From Cetorhinus maximus (taxonomy: Eukaryota): a stretch of DNA of 64,000 nt. The position numbers and the translations under genes are program-made. The stretch is from the NCBI RefSeq assembly GCF_964194155.1, contig NC_135893.1, positions 13,454,001 through 13,518,000 of the forward strand, written 5' to 3'. The first letter of the stretch is position 1. Every line of letters begins with the position of its first letter. Shown one piece after another: positions 39,101 through 50,395 of this stretch. Under the pieces are notes generated by a model, which was not told the origin of the DNA, did not search any database, and was given only the letters and a program-made list of their open reading frames with translations.

Positions 39101-40083
39101 GACACCTTGTATCCTCCTCACAACTTGCTCTCGTAACTATCTTTGTATTGTCAGCAAATTTGGCTACATTACAGTCAGTTCCTTCATCCAACTCATTAAT
39201 ATAGATCATAAATAGTTGAGATTCCAGCACTGATCCCTGTGGCACTCTACTAGTTACAGTTTGCCATCCTAAAAATGACCAATTTATCCTAACTCTCTGT
39301 TTCCTTTTTGTTAGCCAGTCCTCTATACATGCTAATATATCGCCCCCAACACGGGAAGTTCTTATCTTGTGTAGTCACCTTTTATATGGCACCTTACTGA
39401 GTGCCTTTTGGAAATCCAAATACATGACACCTACTGGTTCTCCCTTTTCCACCCTGTTTTTACATCCTCAAAGAACTCTAATAAATTTGTCATACACAAG
39501 TTCCCTTTCACAAAACCATGTTGATTCTGCCTGATAGTATTATGATTTTCTAAATGTCCTACCACCACCTCTTTAATAATAGATTCTGGAATTTTCCCAA
39601 TAACAGATGTTAGGCTAACTGGTCTACAGTTTCCTACTTTCTGTCTCCCTCCTTTCTTAAACAGTGATGTTACATTTGTGATTCAGTCGGGATTCAACAT
39701 TAGAAGCTTTGCAAGATTTAAAACTTATTTGCAAAGTATAGGAATTTGTAGACTCTAAGACTCATGAGGAATCATGAGTTTATCTTCCCCTTTCTCTCTA
39801 CCTCTGTTTCTGCCCTTTCTACTCCATCTCCTCCTCCCACACTGTCCCCCTTCTTTGTTCAATATTTGGACTGAAAGATAGCATTGTTGACAGGGACTGC
39901 TGAAGTGTCAGTTTCAGCTATGAACTCAAGTATTTATATGTTGTTTGAAGCCATGTCCTTATTTTTGCACAGCCTAACACCAACTGAGCTTAATTAAATA
40001 TGGGCCTTCTGACACACAAAGACAAGTGTTCAGTTGAAGGTAGAGTGGTTAAGCTTGTGATGGGTTTAGGGAAGGAATTCCAG

Positions 40084-40220
40084 GGCCAGGATTTTACAGC
40101 CCCTCCCGTCCAGCGGGATATTATGTCCCGCCAAACTGCATAGAGATCTAAATGGCTCACTACTTTCGCCCGGGGTGGGGGGGTGACACCATACTATGGT
40201 AGGGCCGTAAAATCCTGGCC
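40084..40220. mobile_element. Tiny Harbinger-type MITE (137 bp) in an antisense L2 remnant
   Basis: 19-bp TIR ggccaggattttacagccc / gggccgtaaaatcctggcc; TSD CAG. Confidence 0.9.
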
Positions 40221-41029
40221 CAGAGCTTAGTGCCTGGATGATTGAAGTCATGGCTATCAATAGTGGGGCAAAGGAACTCAAGGATGTACAAAAGGCCAGA
40301 AATGGAGGGACACCGAGTTCTCAGAGGTGTTCCAAGAGAATAAACTGAAAGAGTGTAAGGATGTAGTTTGCAGCAGCGATGGATTTAGAACTGAGCATTG
40401 AGTTTCTAAAAGGATCTGGGGTGATTCCTAGAAATGTTAAATTTTGATGAGTTAATTTGTTGCGTTTTGCAGCACCTTGTAGGCTCCTGTGCTCTGCCTT
40501 TCAAGCCAAAGCTAATTTTTACTTAGAGGGATTATCTGATATGTGAAAATGAAGCATTTACAAACTCCAGTAAATCCCAGGTTTGCCATGTTAATTTCTG
40601 AACTGAAATCTTTTCCAACACACACCTTCAGCCAGCTTTCAGTTTCAGCATACAAGCAAATTGACAGGTTGATACTAACAACCTCAGTCCTCGAGTGAAA
40701 TATTGACAAGTTGACACGTGGATTGAAACATTGGCTGTCACCTTAAAAAAGCTGAAGAGGTGACATCAGTAGAAGGCGACAAATACCGTCTGTTGGCAAA
40801 TGGTTACATGTTAGCATTGCTGCTGTGCATACTCAGGACTGCCTATACCTTAGCGCTGCCAGTAAATGCCAATGTTCTCTAGATTTAGATAAGTTTATTG
40901 TTTTCTCCTAAGGGATCTTCATTTCAAGAAAATAGCATTTCTGCAGGTTTAGATGTTTTCAGTAGCTTGGTTTGGAGATTGTTAACCATGATGACAGTTT
41001 CCATGCATGCCAGATGCCTGTCTGACCAA

Positions 41030-41325
41030 AAATTCTCTTTGCCCCATTTCTTTAGCCCTCCAGTTTTGCATTCTGCCAATCTCTTTTTCCCTATCCCTTC
41101 TCTGTCCCTTTCTTTCTTTTCTTTCTTCTCTCTTTATTCCTCTTTCATTCACTCTCCAGCTTTCTTTCCTGCTCCCACACAGGCCTTCTCTCTCTCCACA
41201 CTTCTATCTCTCATACATATATTGCTTTTCTTGCTGTCCGTCAGCCCCCTCTTCTCATCTCTCTTTCATTTCCCCCTCCCTCTCTCTCTCTCTGTCCTGT
41301 CACTTTTTCTATCTCGCCTCTGTGT
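41030..41325. repeat. CT-rich low-complexity tract
   Basis: Polypyrimidine and (ct)n sequence. Confidence 0.7.
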
Positions 41326-41560
41326 GTTTGTTAAGTTGTGACAGTTGCAGAATGGGATGTAGAGTTTATGTTAATGAGGTGGAAAATGGTGGCTTTTGTG
41401 TTTCATTTTGAGAGGCCAGTCTGTGGTTTTGATAACTTTTCTACTTTTGCATGCTTCACCAAAGTTGCAGTAAGAAAAGCAACAACAAAAATTCCTAACT
41501 ACATCATTCAATTCAATAATGCAACGACACACATTTTATTTAAGATCTAGAAAAATTAAA

Positions 41561-42528
41561 CAGTTGCTTGGCTGTAGAGAACTCGAGTATTGCTGAAAAG
41601 AGAGACATGTTGCTGAAGCTTTTCATCTTGCCCTCATCAGGACAGACGCAAGAATGCCAAATTTCAAACGATCACAACAATTTATAGTACGGGAGAAAAG
41701 GATGCTGATTGGTTGGCAAGTTGACTCTGATTGGCTGAGGCATTGTTATGGAGAAAGCAATGGGAAACTATAGGCTCGCAAGCTCCCAGGTAATTCAGAA
41801 AAGACACAAGGCTTGAGCATATTCCTTTTGTTTGCAGAGAACAAATCCCTGCATATGAATGTATGTCACTTCTAGTAAGCAGAAATGAACCACGTTATGA
41901 GTTCAACTGATTATCTTGAATTGGTTGTTAGTGTAGGTATTAGCACATTCATAGTTCTTAAGCAAGTGCTGCCCAATCGCGGAATCACATCTAACAGTAG
42001 ACGTTTTGTTTTGGGCTTTGCAAGCACGGGCTGATTGAGTACGGTCCATACCCCGCCAAACAACTATACAAACCATACTCAACCAACCTGCAATCGCAAA
42101 ACCCAAGACAAAATGTTTACCATTAGATGTGATTCTGCGATAGGGTAGAACTTACTGAACAATCCTGAATGTGCTAAAAGCTACACTAACAGCCAATTTA
42201 AGATAATGAGTCAACTCATTATGTAACTCATTTACACTTGCTAGAAGCAACATACATTCATATGTGTGGACTCATTCTCTGCAAACTAAAGGAATATGTT
42301 CAAGCCTTGCATTTTTTTTGAATTAGCAGGGAGCTTGGGGAGCCTATAATTCCCAATTGCTTTCTCCATGGCAATGCTTTTGCCAATCAGAGTTGACTTG
42401 CCAGTCAATCAGCACCCTTTTCTCCTGTACTATAAATTGTTGTGATCGTTTGAAATTTGACATTCTTGCATTTATCCTGATGAGTATAAGATGAAAAGCT
42501 TTGGCAACATGTTTCTCTTTTCAGCAAC
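41561..42528. mobile_element. Penelope family B-related foldback element (two inverted 3' ends, no RT)
   Basis: 41589-~42045 is the diverged reverse complement of ~42077-42528; both arms contain the GIY-YIG C-terminal remnant and a hammerhead motif; TSD aattaaa (41554-60 and 42529-35). Confidence 0.88.
41610..41646 (-). ncRNA. Minimal hammerhead ribozyme motif (sibling at 42471-42507, +)
   Basis: Minus strand reads tctgtc-CTGATGA-gggcaagat-GAAA-agct-TC-agcaa; the core is intact but the helices are eroded. Confidence 0.6.
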
Positions 42529-43884
42529 AATTAAATCTGTGTCCCAGAAAAGAGGGGGGCAATAAACTAAGTACATTTGATGGGAAAAATCATCCTGTTG
42601 CTACTTACAGACAACTGTAAATTAATATTTCAAATCTAGCTCTATTTACAAATTGCAAATCAGCTCCATGCTATAATTTTTAATCCAAAAAGTACTTTTA
42701 TTTCCAAAAGCTGTAATTACAATAGATCACAAACACGTGGTAAAGTTTTTTCATGTGTTTAAAGTTCCCTGACCCTATGTAAGTGAATTTGTACTGTTAT
42801 GCAAATTTGCACTGTCACTTACAGCAGGATTATCTGTGATTATGTCAGTTTACATCTGTAAATAGTTTGGCTGTAATGACATTTTTATAGTTTTTTAAAG
42901 TTACCTTTTACTGAGTCTGAAAATTATCAGAAGAAAAATATGAATTTTCATTACCTAAATGACCTGAAATGCAAATAAGATTAATCTCTTTGTTTATTTA
43001 AATGACATAGATGGTTGAATGAAGTTTCATATTCAGCATTAGCACAAGAAATGATAGTGTTATCTTATTATTCAAAAGTGTGACTGCACAGGAAGTTTTA
43101 AAAACCCCAATATACAGGACAATAAATGACCATATTCAGATTAGTGGGCAGTATACTGGACACAGGAGAAAATAAGGTTACACAGCATTCTTTTCCTTTT
43201 TCCAAGTCAGAAAATTTAAATGTCAGTGCCTCAACAAGAGAAAAAAATCAGCATCTCCCTTAACCCCCGGCACCCATCCACCCCAAGAAGTGAGAAAATC
43301 TATTCTATTGAACTGTTTACAAACAGGCACATCTCTGAGGAAACAGGCAGCAGAGAATTACAGTACCTCAGATCCAGGAGTAATTAGAAGGTATGTTGTG
43401 CTAATCGATCAATGGTGTCTTGGTTTCTCAGCTTCTTTTGAGCTGGCGGCCATAAGGCAAGAACTTAATTCAAGAAGAAAAGACAACTGTGCTCCTGCAC
43501 TTTTACCCTCTGTAAATAGAAATGTACAGAGGAAAATGTATGGATTGAATTCAAGCAGAGGATTTGTTCCATGTTTTAAAGGTAGTGTTAGTGGCCTATT
43601 GCAATTGCATAGTGGTCTATTGCAATTGAATGTCGACCAAATCAGACAAAGCCAACTTTTCATACACAAGCTAAAATAATATTAGGTTAGTTCTTTCTTC
43701 TGTCACTTTGCAAAGATTTGCAAGCCTGTAGGAATCTAAAAAAATCCAACCTTCCTTTAGTTATCATTCTGTTTTAAATTGTGTGTAAAACACTTTTAAT
43801 AGCAGATCAGTTCTTTACATTTAACTATCAGTTAGAGAAATCCTATTTATTCTTGATCACAGTGTTTACTTGTCACTGATGCAG

Positions 43885-44585
43885 GTGATCAGCCTTGTAT
43901 AAGTGATGGAGGAGATCAGCACTGCACAGTCACTGATGAAGGAGGTCAGGATTATATGGTCACTGTTGGGAGAGATCCGCATTGTAAGATCACTGTTGGA
44001 GAGATCAACATTGTGTGATCACTGTTGGAAGAGATCAGCATTTTATAGTCACTTTTGGAGGAGACCAACATTGTATGATCACTGTTTGAGGAGATCAGCA
44101 TTGTATTGTCAAAACTGAGAAGAGGAGGAGATCAGTGTTGCATGGACACTTTTGGAGGAGGTCAGCATTTTATTGTAACTGTTGGAAGAGATCAGCATTG
44201 TATGGTCACTGTTGGAGGAGATCAGTATTGTATGGTCATTGTTGGAAGAGATCCACATTGTATTATCATCGTTGGAGGAGATCAACATCGTATGATCACT
44301 GTTGGAAGAGATTAGCATTTTATAGTCACTGTTGGAGGAGACCAACATTGTATGATCACTCTGAGGAGATCAGCATTGTATTGTCAAAAATGAGAAGATC
44401 AACATTGTATGATCACTGTTGGAAGACATCAGTATTGTATGATCACTGTTAAGATCAGTATTGTATGGTCCCTGTTGAGATATTATATGGTCACTGTTGA
44501 GGAGATCAACATCGTATGGTCAGTGTTACATTAGATTAGCATTGTATGCTCACTGTTAGAGAAGACTAGCATTATTTGATCAGTG
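43885..44585. repeat. 30-bp minisatellite (gatcagcattgtatggtcactgttggagga)n
   Basis: About 23 contiguous degenerate units with no unique spacers. Confidence 0.92.
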
Positions 44586-46457
44586 TCTAAGAAAGAATAT
44601 CCAAGTAAATTTCCTGACTGATTTTCTTCTGTTATTGTCTTTCCTGAAGTTTTTGACTGCCTCAACGAGATACTGTTCCACTAATACTGATCATCATCTA
44701 CTAACACTCAAGTGCCCAGTAATTGCATGGGAACTTTGACCATGGGTCTTAGCAGGCTATTCAACTATAGCCAGGATCAGAATCAAGCCAGATTCCGTCT
44801 TCATTTGTCATGAAACAGTGCACTTTGCAGTATGGATTCTACTGTTTTCCTGGCCAAAATTCTCTAATTGGACATGGATCAGGGATAGAATCTATGACAT
44901 TGCTATCCTGTATATCTTAGGTGAATATACATGAATAAACTCACTGAGCTTTTGGAGGAGTTGATAATATATTTTAATTGGTATGTCTCCATTACGATTA
45001 GATTGTCATCATTGTTAGTTGTAATCACACTTCTGTCCATTGATCTCGGAATCTGTACCCTTCTATACATAGTCCTGCATCTTGGAGGTTCAGTAATGTT
45101 GCACATTGATAGCTCAGCATATTGCATATGGACTGCAAGAATGTAAATTGGTAACCACAATTACCCACACTTGAGAAACTCAGTTTCATTGCATCTCAAT
45201 GGGGAGGTATCAGTCAAAAGCCGTGTGATTCTCTGATAGATTAGAAGTCCTGGGTTACTCCTTTACACCACCTAAGAGCTGCTATCGGAGCAGAATTGCC
45301 AATCAACCAGGGAGGGAGTATGTTGTAGGGCACCACAACGAAGAGGGAACAAAACATCTTTCAGTATGAATCATGAACAAATACCAGGTAGGTTTATTTG
45401 TATTTGTCATTATTCAGCTTCTGACTTTTTCGTTGATTTCCCTATAACCATTTGAATTAATGAAACCATTAACTTACATCCAACTTTGTAATTCACCCAT
45501 ATAAGAATGTCCATGAGTGAGTGTTTTTTGAGTTGTCAAAACAGACAGATGGGTTTGTAAGGATGCTGTGTGCTACATGATATGATTATTAACTAATTTT
45601 AAAGCAGAATGCTTAATATATTGTAGCTTTAAAACTGTCAACTCATGTGTTGTATTGAATAAATTCTAAAATTATTTATCCAGTTTAAAAACATTAAAAA
45701 CCATTTTAAAAACATGCCCTTTAACACTCAATGTGCAATGATGAGCTTTGAACTCATCCAAAATTAACCATTCATTTAATGAAATGTTTACTTAAATTTT
45801 AACTTGTTGAAATAGGTCCTGAAAAGGAATTGAATACCACCCTGCATAAATCAGAGGCTTGTCACCAAAGGAGGGAAAGAGCAGAAATAAAGTAGAGAAA
45901 GAGGCACTGGAAATGGAGAGATAAATGTGTCAAGACCACTGATTTATAGTTTCACTGGAAAATAAGCTGAATCATGTGAAGATCTAGCAAAGATCCTGAC
46001 TCTAATTAAAAATTACATCTGGCATTTTAGATAGCCATAAAACAGTAGCCTTAATGGTGTTTGCATTATATACAAAAACAGAATTACCTGGAAAAACTCA
46101 GCAGGTCTGGCAGCATCGGCGGAGAAGAAATCAGTTAACGTTTCGAGCCTTCATGGCCCTTCGGCAGAACTGAAGCATAGTTAGAAGAAGGGAGAAATAT
46201 AAATTGGTTTAAGGTGGGTGGGGGGGCGGGGGGCGGGGAGACACACATTGAGGGTGTGGTGATTGTGGAGATGAGCAGATAATCAAAAGATGTCACAGAC
46301 AAAAGGGTCAAAGAGGTGTCGAAGGTGGTGACATTTGTCTGAGAAAAGTGCTAATTAAGAATGGAAGACAGGATATTCAAAGTACAGCTCTAGTGGGGGT
46401 GGGGTGGAAAGACTAACAAGGTTTTAGTTTAGATTTAAAAATAATGGAAATAGGTAG

Positions 46458-48058
46458 CGACCCAACCTCGGACGGCCCGCTTCTACCTCCTACCCAAAAT
46501 CCACAAACAGAACTGTCCTGGCAGACCGATCGTGTCAGCCTGTTCCTGCCCCACGGAACTCATTTCTCGTTATCTTGACTCCCTTCTCTCTCCCCTTGTC
46601 CAGTCCCTTCCCACCTACATCCGTGATTCCTCTGACACCTTACGTCACATCAACAATTTCCAGTTCCCTGGCCCCAACCGCTTCCTCTTCACCATGGATG
46701 TCCAATCTCTCTACACCTCCATCCCCCACCAGGATGGTCTGAGGGCCCTTAGCTTCTTCCTTGGACAGAGGCCCCAAAAATCCCCATCCACCACTACTCT
46801 CCTCCGTCTGGCTGAACTTGTTCTCACACTGAACAATTTCTCCTTTAACTCCTCTCACTTCCTCCAAATAAAAGGTGTGGCTATGGGTACCCGCATGGGC
46901 CCCAGCTTTGCCTGTCTCTTTATGGGGTATGTGGAACATTCCTTGTTCCAGTCCTACTCCGGCCCCCTCCCACAACTCTTTCTCCGGTACATCGATGATT
47001 ACTTCGGTGCTGCTTCATGCTCTCGTCGGGACCTGGAAAAATTTATTAATTTTGCTTCCAATCTCCACCCCTCCATCATCTTCACATGGTCCATCTCTGA
47101 CACTTCTCTTCCCTTCCTTGACCTCTCTGTCTCAATTTCTGATGATAGACTGTCCACCAATATCCATTACAAGCCTACCGACTCCCACAGCTACCTCGAC
47201 TACAGCTCCTCACACCCCGCTTCTTGTAAAGACTCCATCCCATTCTCTCAGTTCCTTCGCCTCCGTCGCATCTGTTCTGATGACGCTACCTTCAAAAACA
47301 GCTCCTCTGACATGTCCTCCTTCTTCCTTAACCGAGGTTTTCCATCCACGGTCGTTGACAGGGCCCTCAACCGTGTCCGGCCCATATCCCGCGCATCCTC
47401 CCTCACGCCTTCTCCTCCTTCCCAGAAACATGATAGGGTCCCCCTTGTCCTCACTTATCACCCCACCAGCCTCCGCATTCAAAGGATCATCCTCCGCCAT
47501 TTCCGCCAACTCCAGCATGATGCCACCACCAAACACATCTTCCCTTCACCCCCCCTGACGGCATTCCGTAGGGATCGTTCCCTCCGGGACACCCTGGTTC
47601 ACTCCTCCATCACCCCCTACTCCTCAACCCCCACTTATGGCACCTCCCCATGCCCACGCAGAAGATGCAACACCTGCCCCTTCACTTCCTCTCTCCTCAC
47701 CGTCCAAGGGCCCAAACACTCCTTTCAAGTGAAGCAGCATTTCACTTGCATTTCCCCTAACTTAGTCTACTGTATTCGTTGCTCCCAATGCGGTCTCCTC
47801 TACATTGGAGAGACCAAACGCAAACTGGGCGACCGTTTTGCGGAACACCTGCGGTCTGTCCGCAAGAAAGACCCAAACCTCCCTGTCGCTTGCCATTTTA
47901 ACACTCCACCCTGTTCTCTTGCCCACATGTCTGTCCTTGGCTTGCTGCATTGTTCCAGTGAAGCCCAACGCAAACTGGAGGAACAGCACCTCATCTTCCG
48001 ACTAGGCACTTTACAGCCTTCTGGGCTGAATATTGAATTCAACAACTTTAGATCTTAA
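46458..48058 (+). CDS. Penelope-like polyprotein: reverse transcriptase plus GIY-YIG endonuclease (N-terminally truncated, no internal stops)
   Basis: RFYLLPKIHK..GRPIVS, TMDVQSLYTSIP, GVAMGTRMGP, RYIDD, LPFLDL, YKPTDSHSYLDY.S.HP, C..RCNTC, LVYCIRC..LYIGET. The frame is open from the inversion junction, upstream of the GTG start in the ORF track. Confidence 0.93.
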
Positions 48059-48427
48059 ACTCCCCCTCCCCCCATCCCCACCCCGTTTCTTCCCCCCCCC
48101 CCCCACCTTTTTTTTTCAATAATTTATATAGATTCTTCTTTCCCCACCTATTTCCATTATTTTTAAATCTAAACTAAAACCTTGTTAGTCTTTCCACCCC
48201 ACCCCCACTAGAGCTGTACTTTGAATATCCTGTCTTCCATTCTTAATTAGCACTTTTCTCAGACAAATGTCACCACCTTCGACACCTCTTTGACCCTTTT
48301 GTCTGTGACATCTTTTGATTACCTGCTCATCTCCACAATCACCACACCCTCAATGTGTGTCTCCCCCCCCCCCACCCCCCCACCCACCTTAAACCAATTT
48401 ATATTTCTCCCTTCTTCTAACTATGCT

Positions 48428-48470
48428 TCAGTTCTGCCGAAGGGCCATGAAGGCTCGAAACGTTAACTGA
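48428..48470 (+). ncRNA. Minimal type-I hammerhead ribozyme motif (variant core CUGCCGA); identical inverted copy at 46131-46173
   Basis: tcagtt-CTGCCGA-a-gggcc-atgaa-ggctc-GAAA-cg-TT-aactga: 6-bp helix I, 5-bp helix II, palindromic helix III. Confidence 0.7.
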
Positions 48471-49289
48471 TTTCTTCTCCGCCGATGCTGCCAGACCTGC
48501 TGAGTTTTTCCAGGTAATTCTGTTTTTGTTTTGGATTTCCAGCATCCGCAGTAGCTTTTAGCTTTTTGTTTTTATCTTTGCATTATATACGATGTCTAAT
48601 AATATCACAAAAGCATTGCAAAGTGATTCATATCTTTAAATTACTTTTGGAGTGCAGTGACTGTTGTTATGTAACCAAATTCTAAACCTAAGACTGTCAG
48701 GTTGTTTCTCTGATTGTTATTTTGCTGTAGCTGGAGATTAAATTTTCCCCAATCTAGTCAGCATGTGAAATTTTCCAATTCTACACTCAATAAGTATACT
48801 ATTTTGACACGCGGAAAAGGCCTCATAATTCCAGCTCAGAATTCTAAAAGCATAATGTTTCACTCAGGGTGTTTGCTGCCAAGATATTGCATTCAGAGTT
48901 TGTTTAACAAAATGGCAATTATAGAAGTTTGAAACCAGTTTTAAAGCTAGCTGAGAATTTAACACCAGCATGCAGCAGCCAAATATTTTATCTGACCATC
49001 CTAATTTGAATGGAAACTAGGGCTTAAGCACCCTTTAAAAACATTCAACGTTGTCAAACCCCAGTCGCTATAAATTCTTAAAACAAAAGATATGTACAAA
49101 AAAATCCTTTGTATTCAGATGGCACAAGTATTGTATCATTTTTGTACCACTTGGATCATGTTGTATGGACATTGTATTGTAAGTTTCACTGCCAATTCAT
49201 ATTTTTGGTGCACTCAGTACATCATCCTGAAACAGCAAGATTTTGAAATAATTAGGAAATGCTTATATCAATTTTTTTTCAAGTGAGAC

Positions 49290-49590
49290 TAGTGAAAGGG
49301 TTTTGATAGGTTATACAGGGAGAAATTGTTTCCACTAGCAGAAGGGTCATAAACCAGACACAAAAGTATCAAAGGAGAAGATGAGGGGAATGTTTTTAGC
49401 AGCAAGTTGTTATGATCTGGAATGCATGATGGGAGTAGATTCACTGGTAACTTTCAAAAGGGAATTGGATAAAAATTTGCAAAGGAAAAAATTCTAAGGT
49501 TGTGGGGAAAGAACATGGACTAATTGGATAGCTCATTCAAACAGCACAAGTGTGATGAGCCAAATGGCATCCTTCTGTACTGATGATTAT
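49290..49590 (+). mobile_element. CR1 3' fragment
   Basis: gaaagggttttgatagg..gagaaattgtttccacta..ctttcaaaagggaattggat. Confidence 0.75.
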
Positions 49591-49939
49591 AAAGATGAAG
49601 ATTAAGTGACCTTTTGGAAAGAAGAGATAAAGCAAGGCCAAAATACGTTCGCACCTCTGATGTGTTTTTGTTTCAAGGTATAGTGCAATGCATTACCTTA
49701 TCAACTGAACAAGAATAGTGTTCAATTTGGGGCAGAGTGTTGCTGTTGTCAGTGAAAATGTCACAGAACCACACCACCCCCTGACACCACACCTAACCCC
49801 TTATGTGGCAGGTTATTTCTGTCCAAAGAGTCAAAGGTGATACAAATGGAAAAGTAAGTTCCTCAGAAAGAAATGTAACACAGCAAGCATGTAATGGTAA
49901 TTTCAAGACAGGTTCAAGTCAGAATTACAAAGCAGCCGT

Positions 49940-50395
49940 GGATCAATAGGTAGCTACCTCATTGTTGAGTCTGAAGGTTGTGGGTTCAAGTTTAACTCCA
50001 GAGATTTGAGCAATCATGGCTGACACCAATGCAGTACAGAAGGAATGGGATACTGTTATTGGTTCTGTATTTTGTATGAGACATTTTTGGAGCTGCCATC
50101 TTTTGGATGAGAATTAACCCGAGCAAGGCCCCATGTGCCCATTTGGGTGAGTGTAAAAGATACCATGACCATTCAAAGAAGAGTAGGGATTTCCCTGCTG
50201 TCCTAGTTATCATTATCCTCAACCTAAATACCAAAAAAAAAATTGTATGGTCATTAATTTCCCTGCTGTTTGTGGGACTTTGCCATGTGCACATTTATTG
50301 TTGACAATTCAAAAGTAATTCATTGGCTGTAAAGCACTTTGGGACATCCTTAGGTCATGAAAGGTGCTTTATAAATAATTTACTTTCTTTCTTGA
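49940..50395 (+). mobile_element. Deu-domain SINE
   Basis: Head gagtctgaaggttgtgggttcaag; core ggatgagaattaacccgag..gtaaaagataccatgaccattcaaagaagagtaggg; L2-type tail. Confidence 0.78.

Larger units (their letters stand above)
34025..39680 (-). mobile_element. Host CR1 LINE (RT to 3' UTR) broken by three younger insertions
   Basis: Pieces 34025-34486, 34965-35379, 37984-38000 and 39101-39680 are collinear CR1 antisense sequence (ORF 34078-34299 and ORF 39033-39245 PQGSVL..KFADNTK). Confidence 0.85.
46074..48576 (+). mobile_element. Young Penelope-like retroelement, family A, 5'-truncated with inverted 5' pLTR
   Basis: 14-bp TSD tttgcattatatac (46060-73 and 48577-90); 46074-46456 is a near-perfect reverse complement of ~48146-48527. 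Confidence 0.95.

Noticed and set aside
40898-41411. 147-aa and 134-aa hydrophobic membrane-like ORFs
   Set aside because: They are translations of a CT-rich low-complexity tract.
41561-42528. Long-TIR DNA transposon (Mutator/Foldback-like)
   Set aside because: The arms are Penelope 3' ends (GIY-YIG remnant plus hammerhead) and are asymmetric at the termini.
43290-43679. 129-aa ORF and a 21-bp tandem duplication (gtggcctattgcaattgcata)
   Set aside because: No domain similarity or convincing splice signals; the duplication is a trivial local event.
43885-44585. Possible CRISPR array or repetitive Cys/His-rich protein
   Set aside because: Units are contiguous with no unique spacers, the context is eukaryotic, and the ORFs in several frames arise only from the 30-nt period.
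46640-48045. Overlapping alternative-frame and antisense ORFs in the Penelope element
   Set aside because: They are shadows of the C-rich codon usage of the RT/GIY-YIG frame and contain no recognisable motifs.
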